Positions 25,058 through 36,479 are shown, numbered from the stretch's first letter. The stretch: DNA of 43,710 bases from Octopus bimaculoides (GCF_001194135.2 NC_068993.1:37982302-38026011); one strand, 5' to 3'. A program made the numbers and translations. Notes: generated from the sequence alone by a model not told the origin.

Positions 25058-25140
25058 GATGTGATTGACTGAAAATCCTTGAAGTGGTGCTGCTACAGCA
25101 AGGCCACAAACCTATCACTGAAGCCAGTAAAAGAATATTA
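25058..25140 (+). mobile_element. Decayed end of SINE tail C
   Basis: TCCTTGAAGTGGTGCTGCTACAGCAAGGCCACA...AGTAAAAGAATA. Confidence 0.5.
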
Positions 25141-25299
25141 AACTACAACACACACACACACACACAACCCTCACCATACATACACACATACATATATATA
25201 TATATAACCCAGTTATATATGTACATATTTGTGTGCAATCATCTAATGTGGATGTAATTACACAAAATCATGATTACCAAATATGTCTTGCACATCTGG

Positions 25300-25405
25300 T
25301 CAGTGGGGGTGGCATCAGCTGGAGGCTAAAACAATGCAAAATGGCATTGTGACCAGCGATGTGCGACAACATCTGATAGTTTGGTCGGTCATGTGATCAT
25401 GTGTT
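25300..25405 (+). mobile_element. SINE tail F fragment
   Basis: GCATTGTGACCAGCGATGTGCGACAACATCTGATAG is the inverse match of 30800-30870. Confidence 0.7.
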
Positions 25406-25858
25406 ATATATATATATATATATATATATATNNNNNNNNNNNNNNNNNNNNNNNNNNNNNNNNNNNNNNNNNNNNNNNNNNNNNNNNNNNNNNNNNNNNN
25501 NNNNNNNNNNNNNNNNNNNNNNNNNNNNNNNNNNNNNNNNNNNNNNNNNNNNNNNNNNNNNNNNNNNNNNNNNNNNNNNNNNNNNNNNNNNNNNNNNNNN
25601 NNNNNNNNNNNNNNNNNNNNNNNNNNNNNNNNNNNNNNNNNNNNNNNNNNNNNNNNNNNNNNNNNNNNNNNNNNNNNNNNNNNNNNNNNNNNNNNNNNNN
25701 NNNNNNNNNNNNNNNNNNNNNNNNNNNNNNNNNNNNNNNNNNNNNNNNNNNNNNNNNNNNNNNNNNNNNNNNNNNNNNNNNNNNNNNNNNNNNNNNNNNN
25801 NNNNNNNNNNNNNNNNNNNNNNNNNNNNNNNNNNNNNNNNNNNNNNNNNNNNNNNNNN

Positions 25859-26015
25859 ATAAACATATTGTTCAAATGGACAAAAAGCAAAAGACAGGGA
25901 TAGGTGAGGGAGCAACAAGGAGCTGTATTTGTTTGATGCGTGGGATAAATGGAAAAGTCTTTGACGTTTCAAGCCTATGCACTTCAGCAGAAAGAAAAGA
26001 AAAGGAGAGGAAAAA
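25859..26015 (-). mobile_element. Dispersed repeat with decayed minimal hammerhead (Penelope-pLTR or retrozyme-like), copy 1
   Basis: Minus strand 25995-25958: TCTTT CTGCTGA A GTGC ATAG GCTT GAAAC GTC AAAGA; homologous to 39139-39340. Confidence 0.6.
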
Positions 26016-26044
26016 AATTTAAATATGTATATATATATGAACAT

Positions 26045-26084
<40 letters not shown>

Positions 26085-26115
26085 CAGATTTCTCTCAGAT
26101 TGGTCAAGTGATGTA

Positions 26116-26155
26116 GAGACTTCTGATGAGACCACAACAACGGTTAAAAATCAAT
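26116..26155 (+). ncRNA. Degenerate hammerhead-like motif
   Basis: CTGATGA 26123-26129, GACC/GGTT stem, AAAA in place of GAAA; stems I and III poor. Confidence 0.3.
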
Positions 26156-26884
26156 GAAAGCCTTTTCTCAATTGTTCAATCTACAGAGAAATAGGTAAAA
26201 CTGACATGGTTGTAAGTCTAATATATAAGTATATACATACATATATATGTGATGATGATGGTGTGTATATACATATATATATGTATGTGTATGTATGTGT
26301 GGATGGAGGTATATATACATGGTGGTTAGTCACAAAGCAAGACATAACTTGAAACAATGATTCAACATATTCATATGTAATAAGTATGTTATACTTCATT
26401 AAAAGATGAAGATGATGGTGTTGATGACGATGACGATGACGATGACGATCGTGATGATGATGATATATGCTTCATAGTGTCTCAACTTGTTACTGAGCTC
26501 TTCATGCAAGTTGTAGTTTTTGTTCCAAAAATATAGATGAATATATTACACACACACACACACACATGTATGTATATATATATATATTAGTAGAATAGAA
26601 TATGAAGTAATTGTGTATTTAAGAAGTTGCTGAGGGGATCGGCAGGATATGACTTATTGTTTTCTTTAGAAAACATAACAGATACTTGCTTCACACAAGC
26701 CCAGATCCTGGTACACACCACATGCGCACGCATACACACACACACACATGCACCCATGCACACACACATACACACACCAAGCACACATGCACACAGCCAT
26801 ATACACCCACGCAAAGACAGACACACAGACATTTCAACACACTTTCCCTCCACTTGTTTGCAAATGTCTCTCAAAGAATTATTT

Positions 26885-26953
26885 TCTTTTTTTTTTCTTT
26901 TTTTTTTTACTAGTTTCAGCCTCAAGAGCTGCGGCCATGCTGGGGCATCACTG
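26885..26953 (-). mobile_element. End of SINE tail C; remainder lies in the gap
   Basis: TTTTACTAGTTTCAGCCTCAAGAGCTGCGGCCATGCTGGGGCA. Confidence 0.65.
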
Positions 26954-27483
26954 NNNNNNNNNNNNNNNNNNNNNNNNNNNNNNNNNNNNNNNNNNNNNNN
27001 NNNNNNNNNNNNNNNNNNNNNNNNNNNNNNNNNNNNNNNNNNNNNNNNNNNNNNNNNNNNNNNNNNNNNNNNNNNNNNNNNNNNNNNNNNNNNNNNNNNN
27101 NNNNNNNNNNNNNNNNNNNNNNNNNNNNNNNNNNNNNNNNNNNNNNNNNNNNNNNNNNNNNNNNNNNNNNNNNNNNNNNNNNNNNNNNNNNNNNNNNNNN
27201 NNNNNNNNNNNNNNNNNNNNNNNNNNNNNNNNNNNNNNNNNNNNNNNNNNNNNNNNNNNNNNNNNNNNNNNNNNNNNNNNNNNNNNNNNNNNNNNNNNNN
27301 NNNNNNNNNNNNNNNNNNNNNNNNNNNNNNNNNNNNNNNNNNNNNNNNNNNNNNNNNNNNNNNNNNNNNNNNNNNNNNNNNNNNNNNNNNNNNNNNNNNN
27401 NNNNNNNNNNNNNNNNNNNNNNNNNNNNNNNNNNNNNNNNNNNNNNNNNNNNNNNNNNNNNNNNNNNNNNNNNNNNNNNNNNA

Positions 27484-27632
27484 TTGTGGTCAGTAGCTTG
27501 CTTACCAACCACATGGTTCCGGGTTCAGTCCCACTGCGTGGCACCTTGGGAAAGTGTCTTCTATTATAGCCTCGGGCCGACCAAAGCCTTGTGAGTGGAT
27601 TTTGTAGACGGAAACTGAAAGAAGCCCGTCGT
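27484..27632 (+). mobile_element. Type-B SINE head plus CORE, young-looking copy
   Basis: GGTTCCGGGTTCAGTCCCACTGCGTGGCACCTTGGG...GCCGACCAAAGCCTTGTGAGTGG...GAAAGAAGCCCGTCG. Confidence 0.9.
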
Positions 27633-27639
27633 ATATATG

Positions 27640-27674
<35 letters not shown>

Positions 27675-27737
27675 ATGTATATATATTATAGAACAATCTC
27701 ATTATAGAATAAGTTTTCAATGAGGTAGTTGTGGGTA

Positions 27738-27930
27738 TTCAACACCAGATCAAGCCTCAGTGATCAAACCTGTGATCAAAGACAATCTCACCATGTTTCT
27801 CTCATCTTTCCCCTATGTGCCAGGAACATATGACTTTGTCACCTCTTCTGAGATATTAGGAACTAACCTGAGGAAGATTTTGCTGTTATTTTTAGCATGT
27901 TCATAGACCATGTAATGGCTCCCCTCATTG
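27738..27930 (+). repeat. Family G copy 3, decayed
   Basis: GATCAAACCTGTGATCAAAGAC...TTTGCTGTTATTTTTAGCATG...GACCATGTAATGGCTCCC. Confidence 0.5.
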
Positions 27931-27976
27931 GTTTGAGTTCCACATGCTCCTTAAATGTTAAATGGTGCAGATTTCT

Positions 27977-28134
27977 GGTGTGGTGGCATAGTAAAATGTT
28001 TGCTTCACAACCACATCGTTTTGGGTTCAGTCCTATTGCACAGCACTTCGGAGAAGTGTTTTCTACATCAACCTCAAGCCTACCAAAGTCTCTTGTGTGG
28101 ATTTTGGAAATGAAAACTGAAAGAAGCCCCTGTT
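27977..28134 (+). mobile_element. Old type-B SINE head plus CORE
   Basis: AACCACATCGTTTTGGGTTCAGTCC...AAACTGAAAGAAGCCC. Confidence 0.75.
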
Positions 28135-28196
28135 ATATAAATGTACATATGTTTGCGAATGAGTGTGTGCATGTGCGTACACGTGTGTGTGTGTGC

Positions 28197-28249
<53 letters not shown>

Positions 28250-29694
28250 ACAGCTTAACACAAAATTGCATTGCATGAATCTTCAAACAGAAATTCCTAT
28301 CTGATCCTTTGGATAGATATTTCTGCACCAAAATTAAACATAAAAGAAAACAAAATCATTTTTTTTTGTATCTGTAAACCTTAAAGTTATGTAAATCTAA
28401 GTCAACCTGATATACAATATTTTAACAAAGTTCAATTCTGCAACTGATGCCATTTCTCATTACTTTCAGTTTCACAAATATCCAATCAAGCAGATGTCCA
28501 AATTGGTCTGTAATGGACAATATGCTTTAATCCATGATGGCATTAAGCCTTTGTCTTTTTAATTGCTAACACATTTCATTCACATGAAGGATTGATAATC
28601 ACTCCCTGAAAAATATTTTTCTTAAAGAGAGAAAACTTTTGGCTTCCATATGTGTTTCTTGGAACTCCTTGTATAATTTTGTGCACAGTTAGACATAGCT
28701 TTCAAAAGCAATGAGAGTAATTATACATGGTTTGTTAATGGTAGATATAAAATGAGCAGTAAAAAGATACATTAGAAAAACTGAGAGGACCTTTAAAACA
28801 AGATTCATATAACACACCTATTTGTTTAGGTCTAGAAATAAAAGTAATGCAACAATTCTTTCAAAATATGTTTGATTCCTGAATAACAAAACAGAATGCA
28901 ACCCATGGTGAAATGGGAGTATATTGCAAATGCCAGGTGTATAATGGTTGTAGCAGGCATTGCTAATTACACGCACCTGAATGCTAAAAATTTTGACTGG
29001 TGGGTGTTCTCCTTATACCTCCATGCAAAGAAATAAAGCTTCAAGCTTTCCAGCATATTTTTGATTCAGTGAAAGGAAAGCGTATTCTCATATACAAAAG
29101 GGATACAGAAAAACCAAAACAGAAAGTTTTGTTATTAACTCAAATATAATTGACCCCCTTTAAGAAAAATGTCCATTTCAGTTTGGAATTACTGACCTCT
29201 ATATGCAACCCTTATGTGGTTTGTGTTAGCCAATGAAAGAGTGAGGTACTGTTATCATTTAGGAAAAATACTTGTTTTCTATTGCAGAAGAATACAAAAA
29301 TGTGATGGATTGAATTAACTATTCTTGCAAATTGTTACTGGAGGTGTGTGTGTTATTCCATGGAATCATGACTTGGATGAAAATTGCTTTTTGAGGCAGC
29401 ATTTTATGACTAGATGCTCTTCCTGTCACCAACCATCACTTGTTTTTCAAAAGTGCAGAGACTAGTCATTGCACCAAAACAGTAATGTAAACATCATCAC
29501 CAATTTGCTCAAATAGTGACATGCATAATGTCAACATTCACTTACATGTACACACACACACACATACATATGTATATATATATGCACACCTTGCACACTA
29601 CATACACCTGAGTGTCCACCTGGATCCCTGCTTAAGCTGGACAAGAACAAACCCCAAAAGTATCTGATTATCTGATATTTTTTGGAGTCATCTC

Positions 29695-29887
29695 AAGGCA
29701 TGGCTGTGAGGTTAAGAAGTGCACTAGCAGCCCAGATGGTTTTGGGCTCAGTCCCGGTGCAGGGCACCTTGAGTAAGTGTCCTCTGCTATAGCTCCCTGG
29801 GTTGGCCAAACCCGTGTGGGTGGATTTGGTAGGCATGAGTTAGATGAATATGTTTTACAGCTGAATGTCCTTCCTACCATATAGGTG

Positions 29888-29935
<48 letters not shown>

Positions 29936-30180
29936 CATGTGTGTCTGAGTATTTGTGTCTTGTATTTGTGTCTTGCTTTGATATAGAGTGATGGCTGTAG
30001 ATGAGTGTTACTGACATGCAGGTGTTGGTCCTTCCTCAAAAAAAACCCTGAGAACCCACCTTGCCTGGAAACAGGTGAGTGTTGGTGACAGGAAAGGCAT
30101 CAGGTTATAGAAAACCTGCATTCATGATTTCAATGACTCCTGCAAGTATGGGAAAGTGAACATTGAACTGATAATGTTGT
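29695..30180 (+). mobile_element. Composite type-B SINE with internal (TG)n and RTE-like tail E
   Basis: Head 29695-29830; tail GTTGGTGACAGGAAAGGCATC...GCAAGTATGGGAAAGTGAACATTGAACTGATAATG is the inverse of the 36201 and 36760 copies. Confidence 0.65.
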
Positions 30181-30184
30181 TGGT

Positions 30185-30480
30185 CTCATTCACTAATAAT
30201 TGCTTTTGTATTTTGAATGCCATTAGTGGTAGTTTCCATCTCCTCATTGCAAAGATAATTTCTGTCAGTTTCAAGTCACAATATAATGTATATGAAACCC
30301 AACCAAGTATGTCCAAACAGGTACAACCATATGCAAATGATCCAAGTGGACCCACCAGTGAGACCAATGATGGCTATGATTATTCCCCAATCATGTTGCT
30401 CATGTTATACTCCTAGAACTCATGCCACTTAGCCTGACTGGTGTAATACCTCCTGTGAATTCTTTGTCTCAGTCATTCTA
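30185..30480 (-). pseudogene. Possible highly decayed RTE-type LINE reverse-transcriptase C-terminal fragment
   Basis: Translation LRQRIHRR...FAYGCTC/WT...LKLTEIIFAMRRW resembles the RTE pattern EIRRRI...LLYGCETWT...KLEAFEMRCWR; stops and a frameshift. Confidence 0.25.
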
Positions 30481-30542
30481 AAAGCACAAGATCATTAGTA
30501 ATTGGAATTGGTAATTTCATTATTCCAGATTTTTAAAAAGAG

Positions 30543-30604
<62 letters not shown>

Positions 30605-30763
30605 AAGAGAGAGATTGTATTTTAATGATATAGGAACATCTTTTAATAAACTTCCATTGTGAATATGCCAGGTCGCTAGGAAACAGATGTAGGGACATTG
30701 TAGAGCCCAAATTAGGAGATAAATACTAATACGCCCATCCCACCATTCATCCAACCATCCAAC

Positions 30764-30791
<28 letters not shown>

Positions 30792-30794
<3 letters not shown>

Positions 30795-30985
30795 TACTGT
30801 ATTGACCAGATTATCAGATGTTGTTATACATTGCTGGTCACAATGCCCTTCCTTGATTTGTTGTAGCTTTTAAATGATGCCATCCTGCTGGCTGGCTGGT
30901 TGGTTAGGCAGGTCAACATTGCCAAGAGAAACCATGACCCTACAATCATGATAGCAATAACCTAACTACAAGACCATGTGCCTTC
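30792..30985 (-). mobile_element. Type-D SINE head with tail F
   Basis: Reverse complement GAAGGCACATGGTCTTGTAGTTAGG...GCATTGTGACCAGCAATGTATAACAACATCTGATAA. Confidence 0.65.
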
Positions 30986-32132
30986 ACACATACACGCACA
31001 CACACACACATACGCACACATGTACACAGAACACATACACACACACATATATATAATCCACACCACCGAAGACTGACAAGTCTCCTCCATGTGACTATGA
31101 GAGCCAGGTGAGAGAAACTCTTAAACATGTTGTGAAATGCTGCGCTGACTACAGAGAACAGTAGAAGTACAACAACAATAACATACGTGTGTGTGTGTGT
31201 GTGTGTTTGTGTACGTGTGTGTGCCTACATCTATATCAATATTCAGCAATACCTCGTTCAGAGATTTAACATTGCTTATATATATATANNNNNNNNNNNN
31301 NNNNNNNNNNNNNNNNNNNNNNNNNNNNNNNNNNNNNNNNNNNNNNNNNNNNNNNNNNNNNNNNNNNNNNNNNNNNNNNNNNNNNNNNNNNNNNNNNNNN
31401 NNNNNNNNNNNNNNNNNNNNNNNNNNNNNNNNNNNNNNNNNNNNNNNNNNNNNNNNNNNNNNNNNNNNNNNNNNNNNNNNNNNNNNNNNNNNNNNNNNNN
31501 NNNNNNNNNNNNNNNNNNNNNNNNNNNNNNNNNNNNNNNNNNNNNNNNNNNNNNNNNNNNNNNNNNNNNNNNNNNNNNNNNNNNNNNNNNNNNNNNNNNN
31601 NNNNNNNNNNNNNNNNNNNNNNNNNNNNNNNNNNNNNNNNNNNNNNNNNNNNNNNNNNNNNNNNNNNNNNNNNNNNNNNNNNNNNNNNNNNNNNNNNNNN
31701 NNNNNNNNNNNNNNNNNNNNNNNNNNNNNNNNNNNNNNNNNNNNNNNNNNNNNNNNNNNNNNNNNNNNNNNNNNNNNNNNNNNNNNNNNNNNNNNNNNNN
31801 NNNNNNNNNNNNNNNNNNNNNNNNNNNNNNNNNNNNNNNNNNNNNNNNNNNNNNNNNNNNNNNNNNNNNNNNNNNNNNNNNNNNNNNNNNNNNNNNNNNN
31901 NNNNNNNNNNNNNNNNNNNNNNNNNNNNNNNNNNNNNNNNNNNNNNNNNNNNNNNNNNNNNNNNTAATTAATTAATTAGTTCATTAATGATGTCACACTT
32001 TGAGTGCAATACATACATATATACATGCATACATATATATATATATATACATATATACACACACATACACATATATATATACATACATACATTTATACAT
32101 ACACACACACACACACATATATACACATACTC

Positions 32133-32178
<46 letters not shown>

Positions 32179-32409
32179 CACACATATATGTGCATACATA
32201 CATTTATACATACACACATATATACACATACACACACACATGTATATATAAATATATATATACATATATATATAGAGAGAGAGAGAGAGAGACAGAGAGA
32301 GAATATGTATGTGTATATGTATTACGTAGTGATACCAAATTATCTACTTATACACACACATACACACCCAAAGCACATATATATAAATATGTGAGTATGT
32401 GTGCGTGTG

Positions 32410-32700
32410 TGTTGCTCTATCAGATTTTTTTGATGATGAGTATTCCATTTGGTTCTTCAGCCAAAAGAAAGTGACTGAGTATTCCACAGACTCATGTCAA
32501 CTTTACAAAGCTACTCAACAATCCATTCAAGGACTTCAACACAGTTTCTCAACATCTTACTTCATTCAAAGTGTGGCTATGTCAAATGTTCTTATCCTAA
32601 TTGCTAGTGAGTGGACACCACAACTGGATGACATCTGTAGCTAGCTGGACAGCATGTTTAAAAGCAAACTTCCCAATCACATGGCCATACTTGCACCAAT
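32410..32700 (-). mobile_element. Possible decayed 5' portion of a second mariner family
   Basis: Minus strand ATGTGATTGGGAAGTTTGCTTTTAAACATGC recalls mariner 5' UTRs (from memory); frameshifted [14 protein letters not shown] resembles HLRxxLxxFFxLKK; no TIR found. Confidence 0.3.
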
Positions 32701-33442
32701 GGAAAACAACAAGAGAGGGTTCAACACATACTCTGAAGGCTAAATGCAATTAAGCTCAAAGATAATGAGCTTTATTTATCATTATATGATAATCTACACC
32801 ATTCAGAAGCTGTGACCAACTCATCACTTAGTGTTTGAGTGTTGGAATGATCTGACATATATACATATATACTATACATATATTATATATATATATATAT
32901 ATATNNNNNNNNNNNNNNNNNNNNNNNNNNNNNNNNNNNNNNNNNNNNNNNNNNNNNNNNNNNNNNNNNNNNNNNNNNNNNNNNNNNNNNNNNNNNNNNN
33001 NNNNNNNNNNNNNNNNNNNNNNNNNNNNNNNNNNNNNNNNNNNNNNNNNNNNNNNNNNNNNNNNNNNNNNNNNNNNNNNNNNNNNNNNNNNNNNNNNNNN
33101 NNNNNNNNNNNNNNNNNNNNNNNNNNNNNNNNNNNNNNNNNNNNNNNNNNNNNNNNNNNNNNNNNNNNNNNNNNNNNNNNNNNNNNNNNNNNNNNNNNNN
33201 NNNNNNNNNNNNNNNNNNNNNNNNNNNNNNNNNNNNNNNNNNNNNNNNNNNNNNNNNNNNNNNNNNNNNNNNNNNNNNNNNNNNNNNNNNNNNNNNNCTG
33301 AAAAATACATAGAGAATATATTACAGTTAATTAGAATTTAATTATATTTTGAAATATTGGAATGCATTTTACCGGTTTCACATTTTCAAAAGTGTATAGT
33401 ATATGTAGCCATGTCACAAATTATGTCTATTCTGGCCATTCT

Positions 33443-33486
<44 letters not shown>

Positions 33487-33644
33487 TACATACACATATT
33501 TATATGTGTATATGTATGAGTGGACAAACAGAAGAAAGAACGTGTCATTTAACACATTTGATAGGAGTTACATATAGTATTTAATAATAGTTTGATTCAG
33601 AGCGATTCAACTTTTGTCAAATATATATACATGTATATATATAT

Positions 33645-34040
33645 AGGTGCAGTTGTGGCTGTGTGGTAAGAAGCTTGCTTCCCAACCACATGACTCCGGG
33701 TTCAGTCCCACTGCTTGGCACCTTGAACAAGTGTATTCTACTATAACCTTGGGCTGGTTAATGTCTTGTGAGTGGATTTGGTTGATGGAAACTGAACGAA
33801 TCCCATCATATATATATATGTATATATCCATGTGTATGTGGGTCTTTATGCCTATGTTTGTCTTCCCATCACAGATTAGTGAGTTTATGTCCTGTGACTT
33901 AGCAGTTTAGCAAAAGAGACTGATAAAATAAGTACTAGGCTTTAAAAAGAAAAAAAGTCTTGGTGTTGATTTGTTCAACTAAAGCCCTGCAAAGCAGTGC
34001 TCCAGCTTGGCTGCAGTCAAATGAGTAAGAGTACAAAAGT
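33645..34040 (+). mobile_element. Full-length composite type-B SINE (head, CORE, short microsatellite, tail C), CpG-decayed
   Basis: GTGGCTGTGTGGTAAGAAGC...GGGTTCAGTCCC...CACCTTGAACAAGTG...GCAAAAGAGACTGATAAAATAAGTACTAGGC...GCAGTCAAATGA. Confidence 0.9.
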
Positions 34041-34059
34041 ATATGTATGTATGCATTCT

Positions 34060-34482
34060 TTTTTTCTTTAATTCTTTTACTTGCTTCAGTCATTTAACTG
34101 TGGCCATGCTGGAGCACTGCCTTTAGTCGAACAAACCGACCCCAGGACTCTTTCTTTATAAGCCTAGTACTTATTCTATTAGTTTCTTTTTGCCGAACTG
34201 CTAAGTTACGGGGACATAAATACACCAACATCGGTTGTCAAGTGATAGTGGGGGGACAAACACAGGCACACAAATATACACACACACACATATATACATA
34301 TATATATATATATATATACGATGGGCTTCTTTCAATTTCCATCTACCAAATCCATTCACAGGGCTTTGGTTGGTCTGTGGCTATAGTAAAAGACACTTGC
34401 CCAAGGTGCCACACAGTGGGACTGAACCCAGAACCATGTGGTTGGGAAGCAAGCTACTTATCACACAGCCACTCCTGCACCT
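34060..34482 (-). mobile_element. Full-length composite type-B SINE, inverted relative to 33645-34040
   Basis: Complete tail C, internal (CA)/(TA)n, CORE and tRNA-like head ending ACAGCCACTCCTGCACCT. Confidence 0.95.
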
Positions 34483-34895
34483 ATGTACACATTTAAATAC
34501 ATACATACAACACTGAGAGGTATAAAACATCACATAGCAAGGAAACCACTACAAACATAATTTCTGTTGTGTGTAAGACAACCTAAACTAGACCATCCAA
34601 TGCTATATATAGAAGATTGTTCTTTAGTCATGGAAGCATCTGAAGTCAGCATCCAACAGTGTTATGGAGCTCCCACTGCCTGCAGCAGTGAACAGTGCCT
34701 TATCTATGAGATATGTAGTTTGTCTGGCTGGGAATGTAACGATGATGTACCCTCGATACAGAGTTATTATGTAAATGTGGGCCTTAAGTGTTTCAGAGCT
34801 GAATATGTTAAAAGCTTAACATAACTCTGCTGGCAGCCAATCCTCAAATACATTTGTAGCTGAATATAATTCCGTGTGTGTGTTTGTGTGTGTGT

Positions 34896-34932
<37 letters not shown>

Positions 34933-35098
34933 TGTTTCTTTACATATGTATGTATGAACTGCACATGCATTGTCATTGTGTAAAAAAATTGTACAAACAC
35001 ACACACACATACTTATACTCATGTACATACACATATGCACACATATATAGAGACAGAGACAGAAAGAAAAAAAAAGAGAGATAGAGGGAATGACAGCA

Positions 35099-35179
<81 letters not shown>

Positions 35180-35279
35180 ATTATATGCATATTGTTTGTA
35201 TATGTAAATACAAACATCCATATTATAAATATCTTTTACACAAACAAAGGTGCATAATACATGCACATATATATATATG

Positions 35280-35347
<68 letters not shown>

Positions 35348-35671
35348 GCATGTATGTACGTTTTATCTATATCTATAATATATATATATATGTATGAATG
35401 TTCATAAATACAATAAGATATAACATATCAATATATTAAAATAAGTCAAATAGATTATAACATAGGTGGCCCATTAGCAATTAAAACCTTAAGGCAAGTT
35501 AATGAACACAGGCATAAATTAGTACCAGCAATTGCTAGAAATAAGGGTAAGAAAAAAAACACTCAAGTAGCCACACAAAGCACTGACCTCATGAATTGAT
35601 TGAAAGTGAGGGAGCGAGCTAAAGCACCTTTCCATGGTAAGATAAACTCACAAAATGAAGTAAACAGACAT

Positions 35672-35730
35672 ATCCTTATCACGTGATTTTGAACTCTGGT
35701 CAATTATAATCTTAGTTCTCATCAGAGGAT
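35672..35730 (-). ncRNA. Type I hammerhead ribozyme motif, G12A variant
   Basis: Minus strand ATCCT CTGATGA GAACT (18-nt loop) AGTTC AAAA TCACGTGA T A AGGAT: stem I 5 bp, stem II 5 bp, palindromic stem III, AUA cleavage triplet; only G12 deviates. Confidence 0.7.
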
Positions 35731-36200
35731 CTGACTGATACTCCAGGTTAAAAAGGGTGGCTCACCTCGTACAACTCATGAGGCATGTTCATATATACAT
35801 ACATAAATATAGATACATATATATAACTGAATCCATATATATATAAGTATAAATCTCTCTCTTACTCTCTCTCTTTCTCTCTTACTCTCTCTCTCTCTTT
35901 CTCTCTCTCTCTCTTACTCTCTCTCTCTCTTTCTATATATATAGCAATAAGAAAATGGAGGAGAATAGGTGGTATTCATTAACTTGCAGACATTGTATTG
36001 TGTCAATTTACCTGTTTATTTGTTTTACTAAAAGGACAATAATAACAATATACAAACACATGTTGCATATTATGTCATATCAGTAATTAAAAAAAATGAC
36101 ATAGTGACAGAAAAATGGGATATCCAGCAGTACATTGGATAGATATTATCCCTTAGTGGGTTGGATTCACAACCCCTAACTTTCCTGGATATATATATAT

Positions 36201-36301
36201 CATCATCATCGTCGTCGTTTAACATCCGCTTTCCATGCTAGCATGAGTTGGACGATTTGACTGAGGACTGGTGAAACCAGATGGCTACACCAGGCTCCAA
36301 T
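36201..36301 (-). mobile_element. RTE-like tail E repeat
   Basis: (CAT)nCGTTTAACATCCGCTTTCCATGCTAGCATGAGTTGGACGATTTGACTGAGG. Confidence 0.8.
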
Positions 36302-36319
36302 TATATAAATAATATATAT

Positions 36320-36353
<34 letters not shown>

Positions 36354-36428
36354 GCACACACACACACTCGCATAAATGCAATACATACTGGCAACGTTTA
36401 TGATACATACAAATAAAAAAGAGTCATC

Positions 36429-36479
<51 letters not shown>

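Noticed and set aside
28350-29330. Unique AT-rich block with several possible splice sites
   Set aside because: No exon with both good splice sites and a recognisable peptide
30048-30100. CCA-CCTTGCC-TGG hairpin resembling P3/L3 of HDV-like ribozymes known from RTE 5' ends
   Set aside because: Could not complete P1, P2 and P4 of the double pseudoknot in this copy; needs a consensus-level search
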